63,489 nucleotides of DNA. It comes from an uncultured Candidatus Planktophila sp. (GTDB lineage: Bacteria; Actinomycetota; Actinomycetes; Nanopelagicales; Nanopelagicaceae). The DNA lies in assembly GCA_964576165.1 (NCBI GenBank), contig CAZNUC010000001.1:1-63489 (forward strand). The letters are read 5' to 3'. The position numbers and the translations under genes are program-made. The notes under the pieces were generated by a model. That model saw only the letters and a program-made list of their open reading frames with translations. It had not been told where the DNA came from and did no database searches. Of the stretch, positions 20,222 to 30,040 are shown piece after piece (position 1 is the first letter of the stretch; every line of letters starts with the position of its first letter).

Positions 20222-21715
20222 TTAACCAATGAGAGCGTTAATTGGTGATTGTAGAAAGTAGATCATGAACAGACCGGAGACAAGTTGCAAGAGAGGATGA
20301 ACCTCTTTTATGCGTCCTTGAACAAGGCGGATCACAACGTGTGTGACGAAACCTGCACCGATACCGACCGAGATGTTGTACGTGAATGGCATAAGAATTA
20401 TCGTGAGGAATGCTGGGATACCGATCCCGAGATCCTCCCAATCGATATTCTTTACTTGCCCCATCATAAGGAATCCAACGATGATTAAGGCAGGAGTTGC
20501 CGCTTCATAAGGAATCATCGCAATAACGGGTGCCAAGAAAGTCGTAAGGAGAAACGCAACTCCTGTGACAATGGAAGCGAGTCCTGTTCGTGCACCTTCT
20601 CCAACACCTGATGCAGATTCAATGTAACTGGTATTCGAGGAGACTCCTGCTGCTCCACCTGTTGCTGCGGCAATCGAGTCAACGATCAGGATGCGGTTAG
20701 CGCCCTCAACGGTTCCACTCTTATCAACCAAGCCTGCTTGATTTCCGAGGGCAGTCATTGTTCCCATGGTGTCAAAGAAGTCAGCGAGCAATAGTGTAAA
20801 GACCAAGAGAGAGGCTGCTAAGAAACCAGTCTTTGGGTTAGTAAACGCTCCGAAGATATCTTCAAAGCCTAAGCCCAAAGTCTCAAAGCGAGGAGTGTCA
20901 GTTAGATTGAGATTTCCACTTGCATCCTTTGGAATGGCTGGCGTGTTTAATCCCCATCCGCGTGAGTTTGATTCTGTAGGGCTTACGAAGCTGTTGCCGA
21001 CTTTAAACTGGGCTTCAACAATCAAGGCGAGAATCGTAGATGTGATGATTCCTATGAGAATTGAGCCTTTGATTTTTCTGATCATCAGAATAATGGTCAG
21101 GAATAGACCGAAGGCAAAGATGACGATTGGCCAACCTACTAACTGGCCGCCGTCTCCCAGTTCTAGGGGTACGTTAGCTGGCTTAGAGTTCTCGCTAGCC
21201 CAAACAAAATTAGGTGTTCTTCTTACGAAACCAGCGTCCACGAGTCCAATGAGGGCGATGAAGAGACCAATGCCCACTGATATTGCGAGCTTCAAAGCAT
21301 TTGGAATCGCCTTGAATACAGCAATTCTAAAGCCGGTAAGCACGAGAATGAGAATCAAGATTCCTTCTAAAAGAACCAAGCCCATCGCCTGTGCCCACGT
21401 CGAATTCTTTGCAATGGAAACGGCGACAAAGGTGTTCAATCCCAATCCTGCAGCCAAGGCGATGGGGAAATTCGCTACAGCTCCCATGAGAATTGTTAAA
21501 ATTCCAGCAACAAGTGCTGTTCCTGCTGCAACGATGATGATCGCATTAGTTCTATCGCCACCGCCAATGAATTCTCCTGCACCATCTGTGGTTGCCAGGA
21601 TGAGTGGGTTGAGAACAACGATGTATGCCATCGTAAAGAAGGTCACGAGTCCGCCTCGAACCTCCTGGGCAATTGTCGATCCGCGTTCGGATATTTTGAA
21701 GTAACTATTGAGCAT
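20222..21715 (-). CDS. NCS2/AzgA-family nucleobase (purine) permease
   Basis: EVRGGLVTFFTMAYIVVLNP, DFFDTMGT, TSYIESASGV.EGARTG; many TM segments. Confidence 0.93.
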   Translation of the reverse strand: MLNSYFKISERGSTIAQEVRGGLVTFFTMAYIVVLNPLILATTDGAGEFIGGGDRTNAIIIVAAGTALVAGILTILMGAVANFPIALAAGLGLNTFVAVSIAKNSTWAQAMGLVLLEGILILILVLTGFRIAVFKAIPNALKLAISVGIGLFIALIGLVDAGFVRRTPNFVWASENSKPANVPLELGDGGQLVGWPIVIFAFGLFLTIILMIRKIKGSILIGIITSTILALIVEAQFKVGNSFVSPTESNSRGWGLNTPAIPKDASGNLNLTDTPRFETLGLGFEDIFGAFTNPKTGFLAASLLVFTLLLADFFDTMGTMTALGNQAGLVDKSGTVEGANRILIVDSIAAATGGAAGVSSNTSYIESASGVGEGARTGLASIVTGVAFLLTTFLAPVIAMIPYEAATPALIIVGFLMMGQVKNIDWEDLGIGIPAFLTIILMPFTYNISVGIGAGFVTHVVIRLVQGRIKEVHPLLQLVSGLFMIYFLQSPINALIG

Positions 21716-21832
21716 TGAGTACCTTCCTCATTTTGTTATCGGGGGTGGTTGCGACCCCGTGTGAAATGACGGCCCACAGACCAATCAGAGCTGGGGAGGG
21801 CTTTGATGGGGCTAAAATATCTAAACTAGAAG

Positions 21833-22501
21833 TTACTTATCGGTTAGACGCGCTAGGGCCCCAAAGGAAATTGCCACTGATTGGCCAACGAAGAGGGCAA
21901 AGAGCAGTGTTCCAAGTCCAAGGGTGCCACCCAAGACGGCTCCCAGAACTGAGACTAAGACTTCCAGAACGAGTCGTACCCTGCCGACTCTCACCCCTGT
22001 TCGATTGTGTAACCCTGTCATCGCTCCATCACGTGGTCCTGGACCTAAACCACAGGTGATGTAAAAGGCTGACCCGATACCGATTAAAGCGATTCCAGTA
22101 GCGACGAAGATCAGCCCAATCACGAGCGTTTCTTGTGCCGGAAAAATTCGAGTACCAATTTCGATAAAGAGCGAGATGATCAGAATGTTTGAAAGTGTTC
22201 CAAATCCTGGGCGTTCTCGTAGGGGAATCCACAGTAGAAGTACGGCAGCGCCAATGATGAGAGTTGACGTACCAATTGTTAGCCCCGTCTTTAACGAGAT
22301 TCCTTGTGCGAGAACAGACCATGGAGCGTTTCCAAGACCGGATTGAATAATCAAGGCATCGCCGAGACCGAAGATTGCAAGACCAAAAATGAGTATTAAC
22401 ACGCGTTGCACTGAGAGATCCCATCGACCTGTTGCCGTCCACGGAACCACGGGAACTGTTCGATGAGGCTTAAAGAATTCAACGAACCGGTTCGATTTCA
22501 T
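21833..22501 (-). CDS. YczE/YitT-like membrane protein
   Basis: GLGNAPWSVL.QG, PGFGT, GPGPRDG repeat motifs; start 22501 supported by TATGAT box 6 nt upstream. Confidence 0.8.
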   Translation of the reverse strand: MKSNRFVEFFKPHRTVPVVPWTATGRWDLSVQRVLILIFGLAIFGLGDALIIQSGLGNAPWSVLAQGISLKTGLTIGTSTLIIGAAVLLLWIPLRERPGFGTLSNILIISLFIEIGTRIFPAQETLVIGLIFVATGIALIGIGSAFYITCGLGPGPRDGAMTGLHNRTGVRVGRVRLVLEVLVSVLGAVLGGTLGLGTLLFALFVGQSVAISFGALARLTDK

Positions 22502-22547
22502 CTGATGATCATATCTTCTGTGAGAGATCAATGAGTATCATTGAGGA

Positions 22548-23282
22548 ATGTTTATCGGTTCGGGAACAGTAATTAATGTTGTGACAATTATTGGGGGAGC
22601 CGGTCTCGGTGTGATTATCGGCGGTCGTATGCCTGAGCGCATGCGTGCACTCATCACCGACATCTTGGGTCTAATTACAATTCTTGGAGCAGCAACGGCG
22701 TTAGCGTCGATAGCCTCCAATAGATACATCGACTCACTTCCTCAGGGTTGGCCGCTACTTGCAATCCTTGCTTCACTTTTAATCGGTGGTGTCATAGGTA
22801 GCGCGCTAGATCTTGAAGAAAAATTGGAAGGATTTGGTCACTTCTTACGCAAGCGCTTTAAGGCAGAGAAAGATGGAACCTTTGTTGAAGGCTTCCTCAC
22901 TTCTTCGTTGCTCTTTGTAATCGGTCCGCTCGCGATTCTTGGATCAATAAGTGATGGAATGGGGACGGGAACCGATCAGCTGATTCTTAAATCATCTCTC
23001 GACTTCTTTGCCGCAATGGCATTTGCCGCCAGCTTAGGGTGGGGTGTTGCCGCTTCGGCGATACCAGTGGGAATTTATCAAGGACTCTGGACGATGGCAG
23101 GGTTTGCGCTAGGAAGCGTTCTCTCTGATTACCAAGTTGATGCTATGACAATCGTCGGAGGGCTGATGTTACTTTCGATAGGTCTCGGTCTTCTCAAGAT
23201 TAAGACCATTGCAATTGGAAATCTGCTGCCAGCACTTGCGATTGCTCCAGTGTTAGTTGGAGTTCTCCACCAATTTTCCTAG
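22548..23282 (+). CDS. DUF554-family membrane protein (YdfK/YqgA-like)
   Basis: GTVINV, FVEGFLTSSLLFVIGPLAILGSI.DG, KSSLDFF. Confidence 0.85.
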   Translation: MFIGSGTVINVVTIIGGAGLGVIIGGRMPERMRALITDILGLITILGAATALASIASNRYIDSLPQGWPLLAILASLLIGGVIGSALDLEEKLEGFGHFLRKRFKAEKDGTFVEGFLTSSLLFVIGPLAILGSISDGMGTGTDQLILKSSLDFFAAMAFAASLGWGVAASAIPVGIYQGLWTMAGFALGSVLSDYQVDAMTIVGGLMLLSIGLGLLKIKTIAIGNLLPALAIAPVLVGVLHQFS

Positions 23283-23302
23283 CTGCAGATATTTTTTAGG
23301 TG

Positions 23303-24346
23303 TTAAATGGTTGCAGCGTCGATCACAAAGCGATATTTAACATCACTTGCCACGGTGCGATCGTAGGCCGTATCAACATAATCTGCGCTGATCACCTCAA
23401 TATCACTGACAATTGAATGAGTGGCACAAAAATCAATCATCTCCTGCATCTCTGCGATCCCGCCGATCATGGACCCTGCTAGTGACTTTCGGCCGTTGAG
23501 CAATGAGCCAACGTGCACTGGATATGGGGCTCCAGGCAACCCAATGACAACAAGAGTCCCATCAATCTTGAGGGTAGCGATATAGACATTAATATCAATC
23601 TCGGCGCTAACTGTATTCAGGATGAGGTCGAAAGATCTAGAAAGAGGCTTCAGGTCTTCTGGACTTTTCACGACAACAAAGTCGTCAGCACCCATTGCAC
23701 GGGCATCACCTTCTTTATTGGCTGAGTGTGAAAGAACGGTGACATGAGCACCTAGCGCATGGGCAAACTTAACGCCCATATGCCCAAGTCCTCCTAGACC
23801 CATAACAGCTACCCGTGAGCCCTTCGAAACATTCCAATGCTTAAGAGGTGAATAGAGAGTGATTCCTGCGCAGAGAAGGGGTGCAACACCATCGAGTGGC
23901 AGAGATGGAGCGATCTTCACTGCATACTTTTCATCGACTACAAATCTATTGCTATAGCCACCCATTGCAACTGTTACTCCATCGCGTTCCAAGGCGTTGT
24001 AAGTGCCTGTCATTCCTTGATCGCAATACTGCTCGAGACCATCTTTACAAGGCTTACATTGACGGCAAGAGTCAATAAAGACCCCAACACCAATATGGTC
24101 ACCAACCGAGAACTTACCTACTGCCGCACCTACTTCTCGTACAACGCCAGCGATTTCATGACCTGGCACCATGGGAAAAATTGCTGGGCCCCACTCTTCG
24201 CGTACTTGATGAATATCGGAGTGGCAGATGCCCGCATAAGCGATGTCGATAAGCACATCGTTCGGACCAAGTGCACGACGTTCAAAATCATGGCGCACAA
24301 AGGGCGCACCTTTACTCATTGCCGCAAGACCCCGAACTTTATTCAT
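23303..24346 (-). CDS. Zn-dependent NADP alcohol/aldehyde dehydrogenase (AdhC/YahK-like)
   Basis: GICHSD, PGHEIAG, CRQCKPC structural Zn, GLGGLG, KYRFVID. Confidence 0.93.
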   Translation of the reverse strand: MNKVRGLAAMSKGAPFVRHDFERRALGPNDVLIDIAYAGICHSDIHQVREEWGPAIFPMVPGHEIAGVVREVGAAVGKFSVGDHIGVGVFIDSCRQCKPCKDGLEQYCDQGMTGTYNALERDGVTVAMGGYSNRFVVDEKYAVKIAPSLPLDGVAPLLCAGITLYSPLKHWNVSKGSRVAVMGLGGLGHMGVKFAHALGAHVTVLSHSANKEGDARAMGADDFVVVKSPEDLKPLSRSFDLILNTVSAEIDINVYIATLKIDGTLVVIGLPGAPYPVHVGSLLNGRKSLAGSMIGGIAEMQEMIDFCATHSIVSDIEVISADYVDTAYDRTVASDVKYRFVIDAATI

Positions 24347-24358
24347 AATTCTTCCAAT

Positions 24359-25006
24359 CTACATTTGGTTGAAGGGGAGCGCATCATGGGAAACATGACC
24401 AGCTCTTGAATTTCGCGCAGTCACCCCACGCATGTGGTGGCGACGACAGAGAACCTCGTAAGCAACTTCAGCGTTTGAGTCAACATCTGCGACAACGACC
24501 TGTTCACCTTCGGTCACCATAGCACCACCGACTGTTCGAGCATTATGTGTTGCGCGTGTTCCACACCAACATAACGCTTCGACTTGTAGTGTGCTTACGC
24601 GGTCTGCCAGTTCGACTAAACGGGCAGAGCCAGGAAAGAGTTTCGTGCGGAAATCAGCGAGAATGCCAAAAGCATAGACTTCAATTCCTAATCCATCAAC
24701 AATTTGAGCCAACTGTTCAATCTGCTCTGGTTGGTAAAATTGAGCCTCGTCACAGATGACATAGTCAATTCTCTCGCCCATCGATAACTTCTCCACGACG
24801 AATTTATGTATATCAAAACCAGGTAGAACTTCGATCGCCGGACTTGTTAAACCTAAACGCGAGGAAATTTTTCCGGCACCCGCACGATCTTGTGAGGTGA
24901 AGATCAAACCTCCGCGACCACGCTGCTGGTGGTTATGTGCAGTTTGCAAGGCGAGGGTAGATTTTCCACTATCCATGGTTCCACAGTAATAAATCAACTC
25001 AGCCAT
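24359..25006 (-). CDS. tdk: Thymidine kinase
   Basis: GTMDSGKST, DEAQF, DFRTKLFPGS, CWCG, YEVLCRRH. Confidence 0.95.
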   Translation of the reverse strand: MAELIYYCGTMDSGKSTLALQTAHNHQQRGRGGLIFTSQDRAGAGKISSRLGLTSPAIEVLPGFDIHKFVVEKLSMGERIDYVICDEAQFYQPEQIEQLAQIVDGLGIEVYAFGILADFRTKLFPGSARLVELADRVSTLQVEALCWCGTRATHNARTVGGAMVTEGEQVVVADVDSNAEVAYEVLCRRHHMRGVTARNSRAGHVSHDALPFNQM

Positions 25007-25035
25007 GGATCAGATCTTGCCACAAAGAGTAGGAA

Positions 25036-25569
25036 TTATTCGCTCTTCAATGCGTGAATTCGGATTTCAGGTGAGTGCTCTTGGATCCTGCTGCGACCAC
25101 CCAGGACTCCTATCTCACTGAGTACAGCGATGTCTGTTACGACGCCACCGGCTTGATGCACAAGATCGATGGCGGCGACGAGCGTTCCTCCGGTTGCTAA
25201 GACATCATCAACGAGAAGTACACGAGATCCCGGTGCGAATGCATCGATGTGGATTTCAATCTCATCAACACCGTACTCAAGTCCATATTGTTGTGAAAAT
25301 GTTTGGTGAGGTAGTTTCCCTTTTTTGCGAATTGGAACAAAACCGCAATTTTTGGCAATCGCGATCGCACTGGCAAAGATGAAACCTCTCGCTTCAATAC
25401 CTGCTACAACAGTGCTCTCTGGATCGACTTTGGCCATCGCGGTCACAACGGCTGTAAATGCATCTGCGTTAGCTAAGACAGGGGTGATATCTTGAAAGAG
25501 AACCCCCGGTTGCGGATAGTCTGGGATAAAGCGAATGAGTTGCAGTGCCTCATTAACATTCACACGCAC
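25036..25569 (-). CDS. apt: Adenine phosphoribosyltransferase
   Basis: PDYPQPGVLFQDITP, GIEARGF, VDDVLATGGT. Confidence 0.97.
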   Translation of the reverse strand: MRVNVNEALQLIRFIPDYPQPGVLFQDITPVLANADAFTAVVTAMAKVDPESTVVAGIEARGFIFASAIAIAKNCGFVPIRKKGKLPHQTFSQQYGLEYGVDEIEIHIDAFAPGSRVLLVDDVLATGGTLVAAIDLVHQAGGVVTDIAVLSEIGVLGGRSRIQEHSPEIRIHALKSE

Positions 25570-25607
25570 ACCGCCTACTTTGTGAGTTTTCTCAAGAGAT
25601 TCAATCG

Positions 25608-25691
25608 TGTCCGAACGGGGACTTGAACCCCGAAGCCCTTGCGGGCACTAGCACCTCAAGCTAGCGCGTCTGCCAATTCCGCCACCCGGAC
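25608..25691 (-). tRNA. tRNA-Leu(GAG), long variable arm, CCA not encoded
   Basis: GTCCGGGTGGCGGAATTGGCAGACGCG-CTAGC-TT GAG GT-GCTAG-TGCCCGCAAGGGC-TT-CGGGG TTCAAGT CCCCG-TTCGGAC-A folds as a cloverleaf. Confidence 0.97.
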
Positions 25692-25795
25692 GAGGTGTAC
25701 TTCACAAGCGGGGCCACGATATCAATCGATCCCACCTAAGGCAAAGCGAGGCGCTTTACTGGCTTATTACTCTCGAATTGGTGGATACTTCACCT

Positions 25796-27118
25796 ATGAC
25801 TCAGGATACAAATACTCTGCGAGAAGAACTTGAATCAGAAACGATTCGAATCTGCCAGGAACTCATCAGAATACCAAGTGTAAATTTTGGTGAAGGCAGG
25901 GGAGATGAGAAGGCGGTAGCAGAGTATGTAGTAGCCGAGCTTGCTCGCGTAGGAATTGCTTCAACAATTTATGAATCCGCACCGAATCGTTGCAATGTTA
26001 TTGCTCATCTTGAAAGTACGCACCCAGAGCGTCCAGGATTAGTTGTCCACGGACATCTTGATGTTGTTCCTGCCATGGCCGAAGACTGGAGCGTTGACCC
26101 CTTCGGAGGCATTCTCAAAGATGGATTCATCTGGGGACGCGGCGCAGTGGATATGAAGAATATGGATGCGATGATCCTCGCTGTTGTGTGTCAGTGGGCA
26201 CGCGTGGGATATAAACCGCCCCGTCCGATCACACTCGCATTCTTTGCCGACGAGGAGGCCGGAAGTAGTTATGGTTCGCGCTGGATGGTTGCAGAACACC
26301 CCGATGTATTTAAGGGTTGTACAGAGGCGATTTCAGAAGTCGGTGGGTTCTCTATAACACTTCCTAATGCAAAGCGTTTCTACTTTGTAGAAACTGCAGA
26401 AAAGGGCATCCATTGGATGCGGTTAGTTGCAAAGGGTCGGGCTGGTCACGGCTCGGTAATCAATGAAGAGAATGCAATCACTCGTCTTGCTGAAGCAGTT
26501 TCAAAGATCGGTAACTATGAGTGGCCACAGCGATACACCGCTACCGTAAAACGACTATTCGAAACTGTGGCCAAGGCATCAGAAAAGCCATACGATCTGA
26601 AGGATTTGCGACCTCTTCTCTCAGAGTTTGGTAGCGCATCACGAATGATCGGTGCCACGCTACAGAACACTGCCAACCCTTCTATGCTCTCTGCTGGATA
26701 CAAGGAGAACGTCATCCCTGGAGAAGCAGTTGCTGTTGTTGACGGTCGATTCCTTCCTGGTTACGAAGATGAAATGAATAAGACAATTCAAGAAATTGTC
26801 GGCCCAGATATCAAGGTCGAGACGATCGTGTCAGATATTGCGCTAGAGGTTCCCTTTGAAGGCGATCTAGTCGATGCTATGTGTGCAGCGTTGATCAAAC
26901 ATGACGGAGATGGAATTCCGGTTCCGTTCACAATGAGCGGTGGCACCGACAACAAGGCCCTCTCCAAGATCGGGATTATTGGTTACGGATTTTCTCCACT
27001 CAAACTTGATCCTGAGCTAGATTTCATGGCGCTTTTTCACGGAGTGGACGAGAGAGTTCCAGTTGATGGTCTGCGATTTGGCGTAAATGTTCTTAAGGAT
27101 TTTCTAGAAAACTCGTGA
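25796..27118 (+). CDS. M20/M25/M40-family metallopeptidase (DapE/ArgE-like)
   Basis: HGHLDVVPA, GRGAVDMK, ADEEAG, FHGVDER. Confidence 0.9.
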   Translation: MTQDTNTLREELESETIRICQELIRIPSVNFGEGRGDEKAVAEYVVAELARVGIASTIYESAPNRCNVIAHLESTHPERPGLVVHGHLDVVPAMAEDWSVDPFGGILKDGFIWGRGAVDMKNMDAMILAVVCQWARVGYKPPRPITLAFFADEEAGSSYGSRWMVAEHPDVFKGCTEAISEVGGFSITLPNAKRFYFVETAEKGIHWMRLVAKGRAGHGSVINEENAITRLAEAVSKIGNYEWPQRYTATVKRLFETVAKASEKPYDLKDLRPLLSEFGSASRMIGATLQNTANPSMLSAGYKENVIPGEAVAVVDGRFLPGYEDEMNKTIQEIVGPDIKVETIVSDIALEVPFEGDLVDAMCAALIKHDGDGIPVPFTMSGGTDNKALSKIGIIGYGFSPLKLDPELDFMALFHGVDERVPVDGLRFGVNVLKDFLENS

Positions 27119-28054
27119 GACCTCATCTAGCGCGTTTCGAACCACATCTGGAAGAACTATTTCCTCGACCGTGAGTGCGCCTCTTAGCTGAGCCCCTGTT
27201 CGTGCTCCGATGATTGCGCTGGTGACTCCAGGAGCATCTCGAACCCATGCCAGAGCTACTTCCAGCGGTGAGTAACCAAGTCCAACGGCAGCTGCACTCA
27301 CCGCTTCTACAATTCGCGAACTTTCACCATCAAGATACGGAGCAATAAAGTTTGCGAAATGGGGGGTCGCACCTCTTGAATCTGCTGGGATTGATTGACG
27401 ATATTTTCCGGTCAGAACGCCGCGACCAAGTGGTGACCATGCGAGTATTCCTACTCCGGTTGATTGTGCGCACTCCACGATTTCGTTCTCGATGGAGCGG
27501 TTAAGCAACGAGTATTCGTTCTGCAGTGTTGTGATCGGCGCTTTGGCGGTATTGGATTCCTGAAGAGTGATGGCACGAGCGCTCTGCCAACCGCTGAAAT
27601 TACTGAGCCCTACATAACGCGCTTTGCCAGATGAATATGCATAATCGAGGGCAGAGAGAGTGTCATCTAAGGCAACGTGTGGATCCCACGAGTGGATCTG
27701 CCAGAGGTCTACATATTCACTACCGAGTCGTGCCAGTGACCTGTCCAACTCAGAGATCAAATGATGGCGAGAATTATTAATAGTTCTATTTCCATCCGGA
27801 AAAGAAATTCCAGCCTTAGTTGCAATGACTAAATCTTCACGGGCAGCGATTGTTCCGATGAGCCCCCCAATAACTCGTTCGGCGTCACCATCGGCATACG
27901 TTGAGGATGTATCAATAAAGTTTCCGCCAACTTCGACAAAGGAGCGCAGCTGTTCTGCGGCTTCGTGGGTGTCGGTATCACGCCCCCACGTCATTGTTCC
28001 AAGCCCAAGTCGCGAAAGCTCGAGTCCTGAATTGCCCGCGCGACGTCTCTTCAT
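27104..28054 (-). CDS. Aldo/keto reductase
   Basis: LGLGTMTWG, DTSSTY, IATK, DLWQIH, WSPLGRG. Confidence 0.93.
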   Translation of the reverse strand: MKRRRAGNSGLELSRLGLGTMTWGRDTDTHEAAEQLRSFVEVGGNFIDTSSTYADGDAERVIGGLIGTIAAREDLVIATKAGISFPDGNRTINNSRHHLISELDRSLARLGSEYVDLWQIHSWDPHVALDDTLSALDYAYSSGKARYVGLSNFSGWQSARAITLQESNTAKAPITTLQNEYSLLNRSIENEIVECAQSTGVGILAWSPLGRGVLTGKYRQSIPADSRGATPHFANFIAPYLDGESSRIVEAVSAAAVGLGYSPLEVALAWVRDAPGVTSAIIGARTGAQLRGALTVEEIVLPDVVRNALDEVSRVF

Positions 28055-28104
28055 GGGCGAAACCTTAGCAAGCCAAGAATCTTAAAGAGCGATAATCTTG
28101 TGTC

Positions 28105-28782
28105 ATGTCACGAATCGTTCTACTTCGACATGCTCACTCAACTGCCAATTTGAAGAACATTCTCGCGGGTCGCACTCCTGGAGTAGCACTCAGCACAAAG
28201 GGAGAAAAGCAAGCAGAGAAATTGATAACACGTATAGGTCCAACAAGATTTGATGTCATTGCAGTGAGCCCTATTGCGCGTTGCTCTCAGACTATTTCTC
28301 CTTGGCTTTCTCTTCACGGTAAAGAGAAAGAACCAATAATTGAGGAAGGTCTCTCCGAGGTGGATTATGGGGACTGGAGTGGGAAATCACTTGCTGCCTT
28401 ACGTCGGCAGAAGTTGTGGAAGGTAGTTCAAGATCATCCGAGTCAGATGACTTTTCCTAATGGAGAGTCTCTTCTTGAGATGCAGACGCGCGCGCTTGCA
28501 TCGTTCTATCGGGTAGAGAAGGTAAAGGGCAAGAACGCGCGGCTGATCGTAAGTCATGGTGATGTTATTAAGGCAATTGTGGCTCATGTACTAGGAATGC
28601 ACCTGGATCAATTTCAGCGTCTTGTAATTGATCCAGCATCGATAACTATCATTGATACCGATAACGGAATCAGTCGTCTTGTCACTTTTAATGACCAGAA
28701 TGGATCTCTGACAAGCGAAGTGAGCGCGGCAACTGCCGTTGGTGGATCAACTGGTAATCAGAGGCTGGATAATCAGAGATGA
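28105..28782 (+). CDS. Histidine phosphatase / putative phosphomutase (MSMEG_4193-like)
   Basis: LLRHA, EVDYGDWSG, VSHGDVIK; first gene of the conserved cluster upstream of mshC. Confidence 0.88.
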   Translation: MSRIVLLRHAHSTANLKNILAGRTPGVALSTKGEKQAEKLITRIGPTRFDVIAVSPIARCSQTISPWLSLHGKEKEPIIEEGLSEVDYGDWSGKSLAALRRQKLWKVVQDHPSQMTFPNGESLLEMQTRALASFYRVEKVKGKNARLIVSHGDVIKAIVAHVLGMHLDQFQRLVIDPASITIIDTDNGISRLVTFNDQNGSLTSEVSAATAVGGSTGNQRLDNQR

Positions 28783-29309
28783 CCGAATCCCAGAAATGGG
28801 TTTTTGATAAGCCCGACCGCTTTATCGTGGGCACGATCGGAGCGCCAGGTGAACGAGAGTTCTATTTTCAGCTCCGACAGGGTTCTCAACTTGTCTCACT
28901 AGCCACTGAGAAGTCGCAGGCCTCAGCCCTTGCCCAAAGAATCGGTACGATCGTTCGAGAGGTAAAGAAGAGCGCGCCATTAAGTGCAATAGCACCGATG
29001 AAAGCAGATGATGGCCCACTCGAACTTCCACTTGATAGTGAGTTTACGGTTGGGGCAATTGGAATCGCTTTTGACCCAACCGAACTAGAGATTGAAATAT
29101 CGTTTCGCTCTGATCTTGATGATGGCGAGGAATTTTCCGAGAGTGCGTATCCAACAGTTGATCTCAGAATAGATCTATCCATGGCCCTCGCCTTCGTTTC
29201 ACGAACACAGGCACTCGTTGCCAGTGGCAGAGCGCTCTGCCCTTTCTGTATCTCGCCAATAAATCCGCAGGGTCATCTCTGCCCACGCGCCAACGGCTAT
29301 AGACGATGA
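28779..29309 (+). CDS. DUF3090-like conserved actinobacterial protein
   Basis: PDRFIVGTIGAPGEREFYFQ; C-terminal GRALCPFC..PINPQGHLCPRANG. Confidence 0.85.
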   Translation: MTESQKWVFDKPDRFIVGTIGAPGEREFYFQLRQGSQLVSLATEKSQASALAQRIGTIVREVKKSAPLSAIAPMKADDGPLELPLDSEFTVGAIGIAFDPTELEIEISFRSDLDDGEEFSESAYPTVDLRIDLSMALAFVSRTQALVASGRALCPFCISPINPQGHLCPRANGYRR

Positions 29310-30031
29310 TGATCATTGACCGGGAATGGATCGAACGAAGTATTGCCACTGCGACACACGGAGAGTTAGAGATAACCGGACGACTAGTGGATGCATCAAA
29401 TGCAACTCTCTTTGGAACGGTGCGCCACAACGACGAAAAGTTTGAAGTGATTTATAAACCAGTTGCGGGGGAGCGGCCGTTGTGGGATTTCCCAGATGGC
29501 ACTTTGGCAGATCGTGAATTTGCGGCATTTCTTCTCAGTGATCTTGCTGGCTTTGATCTCGTTCCTCCGACGATTCTACGAGAAGGTCCCGCTGGCATTG
29601 GCATGGTGCAGCGCTGGATCAACGTCGACCAATCTATTGATCTGACGAAATTCTTCGCTAGCGATACTCCATCTCTGAGACATCTCGCAATCTTCGATGC
29701 AATTATCAATAACACAGATCGTAAAATTGGTCATCTTCTACCTGCAGACAATGGCCACCTCTTTGCCTGTGACCATGGAGTTACATTTCATAGTGAAGAT
29801 AAGTTACGAACAGTTCTGTGGCAGTGGGCCGATGATGTACTCACAGATAAAGAGATCGAATTATTAGCCTCAACTGATGAGATTCTTTCAAAAAGTATCG
29901 AGATCTTTACTCGTCACATGACCGAGCATGAATTCTTCGCTCTACGTAATCGAATTGCGCGTCTTCTCGATTCGTCGAAGATGCCGTCACCAAGTGAGGA
30001 TTGGCCTCCTATTCCTTGGCCAGCGTATTAG
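29306..30031 (+). CDS. SCO1664-family protein (PI3/4-kinase-like fold)
   Basis: ASNAT, YKPVAGERPLWDFPDGTLA.RE, NNTDRKIGH, DHGVTF. Confidence 0.88.
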   Translation: MMIIDREWIERSIATATHGELEITGRLVDASNATLFGTVRHNDEKFEVIYKPVAGERPLWDFPDGTLADREFAAFLLSDLAGFDLVPPTILREGPAGIGMVQRWINVDQSIDLTKFFASDTPSLRHLAIFDAIINNTDRKIGHLLPADNGHLFACDHGVTFHSEDKLRTVLWQWADDVLTDKEIELLASTDEILSKSIEIFTRHMTEHEFFALRNRIARLLDSSKMPSPSEDWPPIPWPAY

Positions 30032-30040
30032 AATCGCACC

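Noticed and set aside
20766-21704. 312-aa + strand ORF
   Set aside because: Entirely antisense to the NCS2 permease; typical shadow ORF of a hydrophobic gene with no motif
8937-21800. GGGNAGGG KOPS-like octamers (8937, 21793) pointing toward dif
   Set aside because: Only two noticed, within chance expectation, and the actinobacterial FtsK motif is not established to be this octamer
21715-22059. 114-aa + strand ORF spanning the permease leader
   Set aside because: TTG start without RBS, overlaps the yczE-like gene antisense, no recognisable family
25570-25780. tRNA-Leu as an island integration site
   Set aside because: No duplicated tRNA 3' end noticed, no integrase nearby, flanks are ordinary metabolic genes
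25639-25833. 64-aa ORF
   Set aside because: Overlaps tRNA-Leu antisense and the peptidase start
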